A stretch of 64,000 nucleotides of DNA from Candidatus Woesearchaeota archaeon (GTDB lineage Archaea > Nanobdellota > Nanobdellia > Woesearchaeales > GW2011-AR15). The first letter of the stretch is position 1; every line of letters begins with the position of its first letter. Location: positions 42,238 through 106,237 of the forward strand of contig JAVZBY010000002.1 in NCBI GenBank assembly GCA_038874655.1, read 5' to 3'. Positions 38,289-48,500 of this stretch are shown here, in pieces. The position numbers and the translations under genes were made by a program. The notes below the pieces were generated by a model, which worked only from the letters and a program-made list of their open reading frames with translations, was not told the origin of the DNA and did not search any database.

Positions 38289-41200
38289 AATATTTTTTAA
38301 AATCTATTCGATAAAGAAAAAATCTATTATTAAAAAAAGATTAATCTTTTTGATATTAATATTTATAACTTTTTTTTTATTATCAGTGAGCATAAAATCA
38401 CAGAATACTATAAATGAGAGAATAAATAAACTTAGTGTTGAATACTTAGCAAAAAAAGTAGCATTAGAAATAGAAAATTATCATATTGAAGAAAAGACAA
38501 TATTTGAATTACAGAATAATAGCTTATTTAGGAATATTGCTATTCAAACAGATAATCAAGGAATGTATACCGCAGTAATGGATGCAGAAACAGGATATTT
38601 TTATTTTCATCCTCAAAAAAAATTAGAAAACACAGATAGCCATTTATTAAAAGAAAAATTACCTGAATGGTGGAAAATTTTTGAAAATATTATTGGTTCT
38701 TGTAATGATTCAGAGGGTTATTATACATGGTTGGAAGAAGATGGTGCTATAACAAAAAAATATATGTATCTTACATGTGTTAAATCAAAGACAAAAGATA
38801 ATAAAAAATTGTTTGTTGCTGCTACAGCATATGAAAATGAGACAATAGCTTCAGATTATCTATTTAAATATTTTCATAGAAAATTAAACTTAGTTGCGCC
38901 AGAGTATCCCCCCTACACAAGTCAGTACTTAAAGAACAATGGTTTTTTTACTGAATTAACTGTTGAGGCATTTAAAACACAGGGTTATGATGTTGATGTT
39001 AAAATATTATCATGGACTGATGCCTATAATGGAGCAAAAGAAGGAAAATATGATGGTATTATTCATGTTTGGTATACAAAAGAAAGAGAACAATTTTTTG
39101 CTTATTCTGATGAAATGCCACCTACAGAATTTGTATTTTGTACATTACCTAATAAAAATATTAAAGAATTCAAAGATTTTGATAGTTTAAAAAATTATAA
39201 AATAGGCACTGTCAAAGATTATGGGTATCCTGATGAATTTAGAAACTCTAATTTAACAAAAATTGAATCTACTTATGATTATGAAAATATAAATAAATTA
39301 ATTAATAATGAAGTTGATTTAATAATAATTGATAGAGCACAATTTGAATACTACAAAAATAATTTTTATTCTAATACAACAATATTTTGTTTATCGCCAT
39401 TTAAATCAATACCTGCACATATTATTATATCAAAAAAAGTTCCTAATTATGTAAAAATAATCTATGATTTTAATGAAGGTCTAAAAAAAATAAAATATGA
39501 TGGTACTTTTGATAATATATTAAAAAAGCACAACTTGAGCTTTTACATAAAATTAGAAAAAAAAATAAAATCCGCTTCAGAAAAAAATTATCCACCTTTA
39601 GCTATTTTTTATAATCAAAGTAATCAATTAATTGCTGATGGTTTTTCTGTTGAATTATTAAAAGAAGTTTTGAATTCACAAGGTTATGAAGTTGATTTTT
39701 ATGTTGATGATTGGTATAAAATAAAAAATGATCTAATAGATCATAGAATTGATGTCCTTTCTTTAGTTGCTATAACACCAGAAAAAGAACCTTATTTTGA
39801 TTTTTCAGTGCCATATTTAACATTAAAAGGTGCTGTTTTCACAAAAGATTTTAGTAATATAAATTCATTTGAAAAATTAAAAAATAAAAAAATAATTGTA
39901 ATGAAAGGGGATATTGCAGAGGAATACATTCTTAGAAATAAAATAACTGATAAATTAATTACAACAAATACTTATGAAGAAGCATTTTTACTATTAAGTA
40001 AAGGAAATTATGATGCTGTTATTCTTCAAGAAATTATAGGCAATTCTATATTAAATAAATTAAATTTAAATAATATAAAAAAGGCATTTGTTTTAGATGA
40101 TTTTAAACAGGATTTTGCATTTGCAGTTAAAAAAGGAAATAAAGAATTATTATCAGTTTTAAATGAAGGTTTATCAAAAAAAATTGCAGATGGAACTTAT
40201 GAAAAATTATATGATAAATGGCTAAAAAAAGATCTTTTCTATAATAAAATAAATTTATCTTTTTACATAAAAATTTTGTTAATTGTTGTTGTTTTAGTTA
40301 TAATAATATATCTTTTTAAACCTAATTTTTTCTTTTATCTAACACTTATTTTTGCTTTAATTGTAATTGTTGCCCTTATCTATAACACATATGAACAAAC
40401 TAAAAAAATAGAAGAAAATGCTCTTAAATTTTCTTATAATGAACTTAAAACTATTTCAGAAATAGAGAAAACTTATATAGAAAATATAGTAAAAGATTAT
40501 CATATTTTACTTAAATCCTTATCAACACAAGATTCTTTAACTGATGAAGAATTAGAATTGATAAAAAATACAGATAATAATATTAATTCAATTTTTATAA
40601 CTAATATTTCTAATTATAATAAAACAATAGAAATAGATAAAAATAGTTATATAGTAATAACAGAGAAGTATAAAAATAATACATTAGTTCTTTTTTTAAA
40701 TCCAAAAAAATTTAACCAAATAATTGAATTAACTAATAAAGTGTCTTTTTATATTAAAAGAAACATTATTTTTTATAATAATGGCAAAATTTTTACAACA
40801 AATTACATTTCAGATTTAAATATCATAAATGATTTATTGTACGAAAGTAATAATAACTTTGATACTTTTGATATAATTTCTAATGAAGATGAAAATAATC
40901 TACTAATATTAACTTTTGTTAAAGAATTAGATTTAATTTTATATCACAAAATAGAAAAAAAAGAAATAATTAACAATATAAGACCCATTATAACTAAACT
41001 TTGGATAAATACATTTCTTATAATCTTCTTTATAATTCTAATGTTATTAATTATGAATGTTTTAAATACGAAAAAATTAAGATATATAATACAAGAAAAA
41101 ACTAAAGAACTAATATTGTTGAATCAAGAGTTAGAAAAAAAAGTTAAAGTAAGAACAAAAGAATTACATAAATTAAACCAAAACCTAGAAGATGAGGTAA

Positions 41201-42084
41201 AAAAAAGAACTAGAGAATTAGAAGAAAAAGTTAATGAATTGGAAAATACAAAAAAAGCAATATTAAATATCTTAGAAGATATTGATGAAAACAATAAGCA
41301 GTTAGAAGAAGCAAAACAAAAATTAAATGAAACAATAGAAAAATTAAAAGAAATAGATAAGAAAAAAGATGAATTTTTATCAATAACAGCACATGAATTA
41401 AAAACACCTTTAACAAGCATAAAAGGATTTGTTGAATTACTGAAAAATCCAAAAGTTCAAGAAAACAAACAATTAAGAGAACAATATTTTAACATTATAA
41501 TCCAAGATACAGAAAGATTAGGAAAATTAATTACTGATATCTTGGATTTATCTAGATTAGATCAAGGAACAATGAAATTTTATTATGAAAAAACAACAGC
41601 AGAAGAAATTTTAAATCAAATAAAAAATCTTTGTGATTTACAAATTAAATCAAAAGGTTTAAAATCTTACTATATAATTAAAAATAAAATTCCAGAGTTC
41701 TATACAGATAAATCAAGATTAATTCAAGTAATCTCTAATTTAGTTAATAATTCAATAAAATATACTGAAAAAGGTTTCATAAAAGTAGAAGCATATATAG
41801 ATAATAAAAATGAATTTATACATTTTAAAGTTATTGATACTGGTGTTGGAATTCCAAAAAATGAGCATAAAAACTTATTTCAAAGATTTTATCAAGTTGA
41901 TTCTTCTTATACTAGGAAAGTCGGAGGTAGTGGTCTAGGGTTATCTATATGTAAGGGAATAGTTGAAGCATTACATGGGGAAATTTGGTTTTCAAGTCAA
42001 GTTGGTAAAGGTTCGACATTTGAATTTAAGATCAAATTTTTAAATAAACAACCAGAAAATTTAGAACAAAACAAAAAAATATAA
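38269..42084 (+). CDS. Sensor histidine kinase (Cache-like + 2x solute-binding domains + TMs + HisKA + HATPase_c)
   Basis: H-box FLSITAHELKTPL, N-box NLVNNSIKYT, DTGVGI, FQRFYQV, GGSGLGL; two YPP..GF PBP domains. Confidence 0.95.
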   Translation: MKKNKNKIFFKIYSIKKKSIIKKRLIFLILIFITFFLLSVSIKSQNTINERINKLSVEYLAKKVALEIENYHIEEKTIFELQNNSLFRNIAIQTDNQGMYTAVMDAETGYFYFHPQKKLENTDSHLLKEKLPEWWKIFENIIGSCNDSEGYYTWLEEDGAITKKYMYLTCVKSKTKDNKKLFVAATAYENETIASDYLFKYFHRKLNLVAPEYPPYTSQYLKNNGFFTELTVEAFKTQGYDVDVKILSWTDAYNGAKEGKYDGIIHVWYTKEREQFFAYSDEMPPTEFVFCTLPNKNIKEFKDFDSLKNYKIGTVKDYGYPDEFRNSNLTKIESTYDYENINKLINNEVDLIIIDRAQFEYYKNNFYSNTTIFCLSPFKSIPAHIIISKKVPNYVKIIYDFNEGLKKIKYDGTFDNILKKHNLSFYIKLEKKIKSASEKNYPPLAIFYNQSNQLIADGFSVELLKEVLNSQGYEVDFYVDDWYKIKNDLIDHRIDVLSLVAITPEKEPYFDFSVPYLTLKGAVFTKDFSNINSFEKLKNKKIIVMKGDIAEEYILRNKITDKLITTNTYEEAFLLLSKGNYDAVILQEIIGNSILNKLNLNNIKKAFVLDDFKQDFAFAVKKGNKELLSVLNEGLSKKIADGTYEKLYDKWLKKDLFYNKINLSFYIKILLIVVVLVIIIYLFKPNFFFYLTLIFALIVIVALIYNTYEQTKKIEENALKFSYNELKTISEIEKTYIENIVKDYHILLKSLSTQDSLTDEELELIKNTDNNINSIFITNISNYNKTIEIDKNSYIVITEKYKNNTLVLFLNPKKFNQIIELTNKVSFYIKRNIIFYNNGKIFTTNYISDLNIINDLLYESNNNFDTFDIISNEDENNLLILTFVKELDLILYHKIEKKEIINNIRPIITKLWINTFLIIFFIILMLLIMNVLNTKKLRYIIQEKTKELILLNQELEKKVKVRTKELHKLNQNLEDEVKKRTRELEEKVNELENTKKAILNILEDIDENNKQLEEAKQKLNETIEKLKEIDKKKDEFLSITAHELKTPLTSIKGFVELLKNPKVQENKQLREQYFNIIIQDTERLGKLITDILDLSRLDQGTMKFYYEKTTAEEILNQIKNLCDLQIKSKGLKSYYIIKNKIPEFYTDKSRLIQVISNLVNNSIKYTEKGFIKVEAYIDNKNEFIHFKVIDTGVGIPKNEHKNLFQRFYQVDSSYTRKVGGSGLGLSICKGIVEALHGEIWFSSQVGKGSTFEFKIKFLNKQPENLEQNKKI

Positions 42085-42210
42085 AAAAAGAAAAAACTTT
42101 GGAATGTATTTAGGTATATATCAGAGATATAACAAAATTTTATAGATATGCTTAAAATAATTATTATAATCTTATATTATTAGTTTTTTAATACTATAGA
42201 ATTTTAAGAT

Positions 42211-42621
42211 GTGGTAAAAATGATAAAAAAAGACTCTAAAAAATCAGAAAAAAAAATAATCCTCGTAGTTGATGATGAGCCTAATATTTTAGAATTAGAA
42301 AAAGCAATATTAGAGGTAGAAAATTATAATGTAATTACAGCACAATCAGGGCAAGAAGCATTAGATCTATTAAAAAAAATAAAACCAGATTTAATTTTAT
42401 TAGATATGATGATGCCAAACATGTCTGGTAGAGAAGTTTGTGAAAGAATAAGAAAAGATCCAAAAACAAAAAAACTAAAAGTAATTTTTGTAACAGTAGC
42501 AAGGTTTTCAGAATTAGGTAAAGATCAATTAAAGGGGATGAATGTTTCTGATTATATAACAAAACCCTTTGAAAACTCTGATTTTATTAATAGAATAAAA
42601 AAAGTACTAGATGAAAAATAG
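42211..42621 (+). CDS. Stand-alone response regulator receiver (CheY-like)
   Basis: ILVVDDE, LLDMMMP (phospho-Asp), VIFVT, ITKPF; no output domain. Confidence 0.95.
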   Translation: MVKMIKKDSKKSEKKIILVVDDEPNILELEKAILEVENYNVITAQSGQEALDLLKKIKPDLILLDMMMPNMSGREVCERIRKDPKTKKLKVIFVTVARFSELGKDQLKGMNVSDYITKPFENSDFINRIKKVLDEK

Positions 42622-42756
42622 ATATAATATAAAAAATTATATGCATAAGGATATACATAATATACATATAGATAATATAAATCAGATGGAAATAAAAATC
42701 AAATTATCTAATAAATAACCTAAAACTTTTAAATTTGTGAGAAAAAGGAAGATAAA

Positions 42757-43287
42757 ATGGTTGTAAATCTTAAAGAAGAGATAAAAAATTCAGATATTAA
42801 TCTTATTATAGGTTCAAAATCTAATTATATAGAAAATATTAATTTTATATTAAAAGAAATTAATTTTATTTCAAATAAGATAGGTTATATAACTTTAAAC
42901 AAACCATATACAAAAATACTTTCAGATATACAAAAACTAAACTTAGATAAGAATAAATTTTTCTTTGTGGATGCAATCACAGCAACAGTTTCCTCACCCC
43001 CTATTGTAGATAATTGTGTTTTTGTTAGCTCACCTAGTGCATTAACAGAAATAAGCGTTAGTTTTTCAACATTAGTTCAAGAGAAAAATGCTGATTTGAT
43101 TTTTTTTGATACAATATCTACTTTAATTATTTATCAAGATATAGGGCAAGTTATAAAATTTGCACATAATATAATTACAAAAGCAAGAGTTTTAGGAAAA
43201 AAAGCAATATTCCTAACATTAAAAGAAGATTCAGAAACCTTAATTAAAGATTTAAATATGTTTGTAGATAAAATTATTGAACTTTAA
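42757..43287 (+). CDS. Inactivated KaiC/RecA-fold protein (DUF835/DUF7504-like)
   Basis: YITLNKPY, FFFVDAIT, SPSALTEIS, IFFDTISTLIIY; no Walker A. Confidence 0.75.
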   Translation: MVVNLKEEIKNSDINLIIGSKSNYIENINFILKEINFISNKIGYITLNKPYTKILSDIQKLNLDKNKFFFVDAITATVSSPPIVDNCVFVSSPSALTEISVSFSTLVQEKNADLIFFDTISTLIIYQDIGQVIKFAHNIITKARVLGKKAIFLTLKEDSETLIKDLNMFVDKIIEL

Positions 43288-43342
43288 ATTATTTTTAAAT
43301 TTATAAAAAAATAAAAACCTTGAAAAAAATTTTAAAAAACTT

Positions 43343-44128
43343 TTACTTTTTTACATCAGATTTTTTCAAATTCTTTTTTAAAAATTCTATAGATTCTTTT
43401 GCAGTTTTTCTTAAACAATATAAACCCAAAGCAAAAAATAAATAAGCATAATACCATGTTAAATCAACTATAGATCCTTTAGTATAGGTATTATAATTTA
43501 TAGCATATAAACTATCACCAATAATAAACAAACATACACCAATTAAAATAAATATCCAGCTTTGTTTATATTTTCCACTCCAAACACTTAATATTAGAGC
43601 AATACAAGGTATTAATATAAATAAATCTGCAAAAACATAGCCAATAGTAACTAAATTTTCTAAAAGTGAAAATCCTTTACTCCAATTTACAGGGATAATA
43701 CTAAAATATAAATAACTTATTAAACCTATACTTAATAATAAAATAACTAGATTCTTTTTACTTTTAAAAAAATCAGAATTAACTAAATTTAATCCTAAAA
43801 ATAAGGCAATTGTCATAAAAAAATAACCACTCATATAAAAAAAATCTGCAATTGAAACAACAGCATTTTCATTTATTTGCCAAATTATTTCACCAATAAA
43901 CCATGTAATTATGCTCGCAGTTATAAAAAAACTAACCTTTCCTTGATGAGTATTAATTTTAAAATAATTAAAAGCCCTTATTCCAAAAAATATTGCAATA
44001 ATATGTGTTGAAAAATTTATTATGTTTAAAATTATAGGAAAAAAACTTCCACCTATCTTTAAATCGACAACTAGAAATAAGAATATTGCAAAAATAAAAA
44101 ACAACATAAATACATATTTTTTTTCCAT
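43343..44128 (-). CDS. Stand-alone multi-TM sensor-like membrane protein
   Basis: 7-8 TM with internal repeat WFIGEIIW..SIADFFY..GY / FIIGDSLY..SIVDLTW..AY, resembling membrane sensor domains of kinases and cyclases. Confidence 0.7.
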   Translation of the reverse strand: MEKKYVFMLFFIFAIFLFLVVDLKIGGSFFPIILNIINFSTHIIAIFFGIRAFNYFKINTHQGKVSFFITASIITWFIGEIIWQINENAVVSIADFFYMSGYFFMTIALFLGLNLVNSDFFKSKKNLVILLLSIGLISYLYFSIIPVNWSKGFSLLENLVTIGYVFADLFILIPCIALILSVWSGKYKQSWIFILIGVCLFIIGDSLYAINYNTYTKGSIVDLTWYYAYLFFALGLYCLRKTAKESIEFLKKNLKKSDVKK

Positions 44129-44206
44129 TTCAATAACCTTTTTTTATTTATGAAACTTTACATATACTAAAATCAGTATTAATATATTTTTAATTAATTT
44201 AAATTT

Positions 44207-44437
44207 TTAGTTTAACTTTTTTAAGTCCTTTTCACTAATAATATTTTCTTTCAACAATAAGTTAATAGCATTTTCTTTACCCATATAGCCTACTAGCATA
44301 TGATAAGCTAATTCAATTAACTCTTTTTCATCATTATAATTTTCATCTACAATTTTTTTTACACTATCACCAAATATAGATTGTAAAATTTTCACAATTT
44401 TATCTTTAAGTGTTATAGAAACATATTTAACAATCAT
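44207..44437 (-). CDS. Small helical hypothetical protein
   Basis: 76 aa; two helix-G-helix units (LQSIFGDSV, LVGYMGKENA). Confidence 0.65.
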   Translation of the reverse strand: MIVKYVSITLKDKIVKILQSIFGDSVKKIVDENYNDEKELIELAYHMLVGYMGKENAINLLLKENIISEKDLKKLN

Positions 44438-44942
44438 TTATATATAGAATATTTATTTATTTTTATACTTTTTTTGTAACTTTTTAGTTATTAAATATTT
44501 TTTATACAAATTCAAAAAATATTTAAACAAATAAAATCTCACAAATTTGGGGGTGTTAGTTTGTATTTTACTAGTGTTTATTTTAAATTAATTTTTATAA
44601 TTTTTTATAACCTTAGTAAAATTAATATAAACAATTATAGTTATTTTGTTAAAAGATTATTTCACATTTTTTCTTCATATTCTTTTTTTTCTTTATTTAT
44701 TGCTTTTATTTATATTATAAATTATATATAATAAAATTTAAATTATACTATTTTTAATATAATTTTATATTTTTTTAAATATATAATAATACTTTTTTAA
44801 GTTTAATAAAATTTTTTTTATAGAGAAAAATATTTAAATATATTATATTTTATATAGTATAAAATTTGAGTTTAATTATTTTAATACACTAACTACTCTT
44901 AAACACTCTCAATATTCGTTATCAATATAATAAGGCAAAAAA

Positions 44943-45527
44943 TTGGTAGGAAGTAAATTAGAGAAAGAAATAATATCTATTTTTAATAGAGATATCTCTA
45001 CACTTCTTAGCATAAATCAGATTTCAAAAAAACTTAAAAAATCCTATCCAAATATTAACAATAAAGTCAATTCTTTAATCAAGGAGGGAATTCTGACAAA
45101 ATTAGAAACAGGAAGAAGTTATTTATGCACTATAAATCTAGAAAATGAAAAAGCAATAGCACTTCTTACAATAAATGAAGCAGATAAGAAAAAACAATAT
45201 GAAAAAAAAATTAATTTAATAAAAGAAGAAATAAATGATATAAAAAATAAATTCAAAGTTTATACTATTTTGCTTCATAATACAACATTAATTTTTGTTT
45301 TAGATTACTTGAATGATAAAGAAGCAATAAAAAATCTTTATGAAAATATAAAAAAATTTGATTTAATCTTTTTTGATAAAACTTCTTTTCAACAATATCT
45401 AATTAAAAATCCAAACCTCTTAAATGAATTTATAATTATTTATTCGTATGAGAAGTATTATGAACTAGTTAATGAAATAAAAAACAATCTTATCTTGAAT
45501 AATAAAAAAGTAAAAAACAAGGATTAA
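44943..45527 (+). CDS. Winged-HTH protein with degenerate nucleotidyltransferase-like C-domain
   Basis: SINQISKKLKKSYPNINNKVNSLIKEGIL..GRSYLC; C-domain lacks the GS..DxD motif. Confidence 0.7.
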   Translation: MVGSKLEKEIISIFNRDISTLLSINQISKKLKKSYPNINNKVNSLIKEGILTKLETGRSYLCTINLENEKAIALLTINEADKKKQYEKKINLIKEEINDIKNKFKVYTILLHNTTLIFVLDYLNDKEAIKNLYENIKKFDLIFFDKTSFQQYLIKNPNLLNEFIIIYSYEKYYELVNEIKNNLILNNKKVKNKD

Positions 45528-45566
45528 AAAATAAAACAAATAACTAAAAAAATAAAAAACTAAAAA

Positions 45567-48500
45567 ATGAATTCAGAAAAAAATTATCCGAAATTTGTAT
45601 CATTGTTTTTAATTATATTAATTATAGTAATAAGTATAGTAATAATCAATGCACAAAATCTTTTAGAAAACAATTATATAAAAATTAATAAAAAAGAATT
45701 CTTCTTAGGTGAAACAGTTGAAATAGAGCTTTTAATAAATGACCTAAATAATATTAACATTGATTTATATACACCAAACGCAATATATAAATATCCTTTT
45801 CCTTCAAAAATTATAAAATATAAACCAATATTAGAGGGTAATTATAGATTAGTGGTTTTAAAAAATAAAGAAATATTAACAACAACAACTTTTTTTGTTA
45901 AAAAAAATGAATATAATTTGATTGAAGAAATATTAAATCAGTCAACTATTAAAAATAACGAAGAAACTGAAAACCTCTTAGATATTAATAAACCTAATTT
46001 AATTACAGATAAAGAAACATATCTTCTCAATCAAGAGGTTATAATTAGCATTAATAACCTATCCATAGATGATTTATCTAACTATAATTTAATTATAAAT
46101 AGTTCTAATACTATTATTAATTATATAGATTTAAAATCAAACACAATAAAATTTTTTCCAAAAAAACAAGGTATTTATACATTAATATTAATAAGCAAAA
46201 AATCAAATGAAGAGATAGCAAAAAAAGAAATTTCAGTTAATTCATTTAATCAACAGTTTAATAATGAAATCTCTTTAAACTATGATAATAAAACTAATTC
46301 TATTAATAATAACATAGACAATCAAAAAGAAATTATGATAAATCAATCAATAGAATATTCAGATAATTTATTTAATAATTCAAAAAATATTGAACAGCTT
46401 AACAGACAATATAATAATTTACCTTTTAAAATTAAGAATAGTAAAAATTATTTCTTAATAGCAAACATCACAATATCAAATAAAAGATTAAAAAACCTCT
46501 CATTAGACACATTTTCATTTATTAACTTATCAGATGACCTTTATGATATAGAAATTCAACCAAATATTAGACAAATAAGAAAAATAAAATTACATAATGT
46601 ATCATTTAAAGGCAATTTTGATTTAGGTCTGGAAGAAATTGATTCTCAAGCAACAAAATTTAAAGATATTAAAAAAGCAATTGCTATTGATCCAAGCAAA
46701 ATTAATTTCACAAATGGTTTTATTGAAATAAATGCTACTTCAGATGTATTGTTAAAATGTAAAGATTGGAACTTTACAGAGCAGAAATGCTTTGGAAAAT
46801 TTGAATTAATAAAAACATTAAATAAGGGACAAACCTATTTTATTGATATAAATAGCACAGATCCTGCATACTATGAGTTGGGGTTAGCATCTATAAATAC
46901 AAATAAATCCTTATACAAAGAAAATGAAACAGCACAAATATGGATTGTTGCACTAGATTATACAGGACATTTAATATCTAATGCAAATATAACTTTACAA
47001 ATAATTTCACCCAATAATGAGATTTTTATATTTTCTACAGATTCAAATATTTCCCAAATAGAATTAGGAATTTATGAATTAAATTTCACAACAAAAGAAC
47101 AAGGTAATTACACTATATTTGCAAATGTTTATAGTAATTTAATTAATACAACTTTATTTAGTTTTTTCTCTGTAGTTGATTATTATGAATTTGAAATAAT
47201 AAGAAAAAGTCCATTAACCACAGATCCTTGGCGTGATACTTTTACAACAAAATTAAAAATAATTTCAAACAACCATAATGGCTTATTTAATTTAACAGAA
47301 AAAATACCAATCGGCTTTGAGATTATTGAAACAGATGCTATTATAACAAATGATTCAAATTATTATTATCTAACTTGGAATAATTTACAAAACAATTCAG
47401 AAGTTAATTACACAGCATTAGCTCCTTTTATTACTCCTGCAGTATACGAATTTAAATCCTTTGTTTCTTATGAAATGAATAATCAATCTTTAATATTTAA
47501 CGAAGCAAAACCATGGTTCTTAGCAGTAGATCCTATTATGTACACACAAGTTTGTCAAGCACAAATTAACTCAGTAGGTCAAAATACATTTGGAAGTGCA
47601 TGTGATGGTGTTTATCCAAGCTCATGTAGCGCTACTGGAGATTTATTAACTTGTAATGATAATTTTTTTGAAACCCATACAGGCACCAACACAAACAGAT
47701 GGGCAGGTGTTAGAATTTCAGCATATGATTCAACAATAAGAGATTGTGTTTCAATAACTAGAGTTGAATTATGTTATGAATGGTGGCGTGATATAGGATT
47801 TAGCAATGCAAGAATTGCAGTTGATAGAAATAATTGGGCTTCACCAACAACAGTAACAACAACATTACCTGGAACAACTGCAAACCCAGGAGTTACTTGT
47901 GCAGATGTTACTTCTTTAGAAGCATGGACATGTGATAATTTTGACGGAACAGGACAAGCAGCACAGGCAGTAGCACAAGCACAAAGAGATAATTCTGGCT
48001 CAACAAGAACTCTTTACATTGATGTTTTGTTTTTTAATGTGACTTATTTAAGAGATTACCCTCCAAACATAACACAAAATAGACCACCTTCATATTATTA
48101 TAACGATACTTTCAGCCCAATAAATATTACATTTAATTGCTCTGCTGTTGATGATATCAGAGTTAGTAATATCTCATTATATATAACAAATCTAAATAAT
48201 AATTCATTTGCATTAAATCAAAGCTGTAATATCTTAGCAACATCTGGAAGTTGTCAATGGACTTTATTATTGCCAAGTGGAAATTACACATGGAATTGTT
48301 TAGCTTATGACAATAGAACACAAGGAACATGGGGCACAAATAGAACAATAATTATTAATTACACTATGCCACCAACACCAAAGATTAATTCTTATAGTTG
48401 TGAAATAAATACACTAAATAATTGGCAGCCATGTAATACAATAGCATATGGCAATACTATATTAAGGGTTAGAGCAAATTGTACAACAGACTCAGGATTA

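Noticed and set aside
42640-42680. ATATACATA short repeats after the receiver gene
   Set aside because: Only two copies in extremely AT-rich sequence; not distinguishable from chance.
44561-44731. ~56-codon TTG-start ORF after GGGGTG
   Set aside because: Low-complexity F/I/Y sequence expected from AT-rich intergenic DNA; no support.
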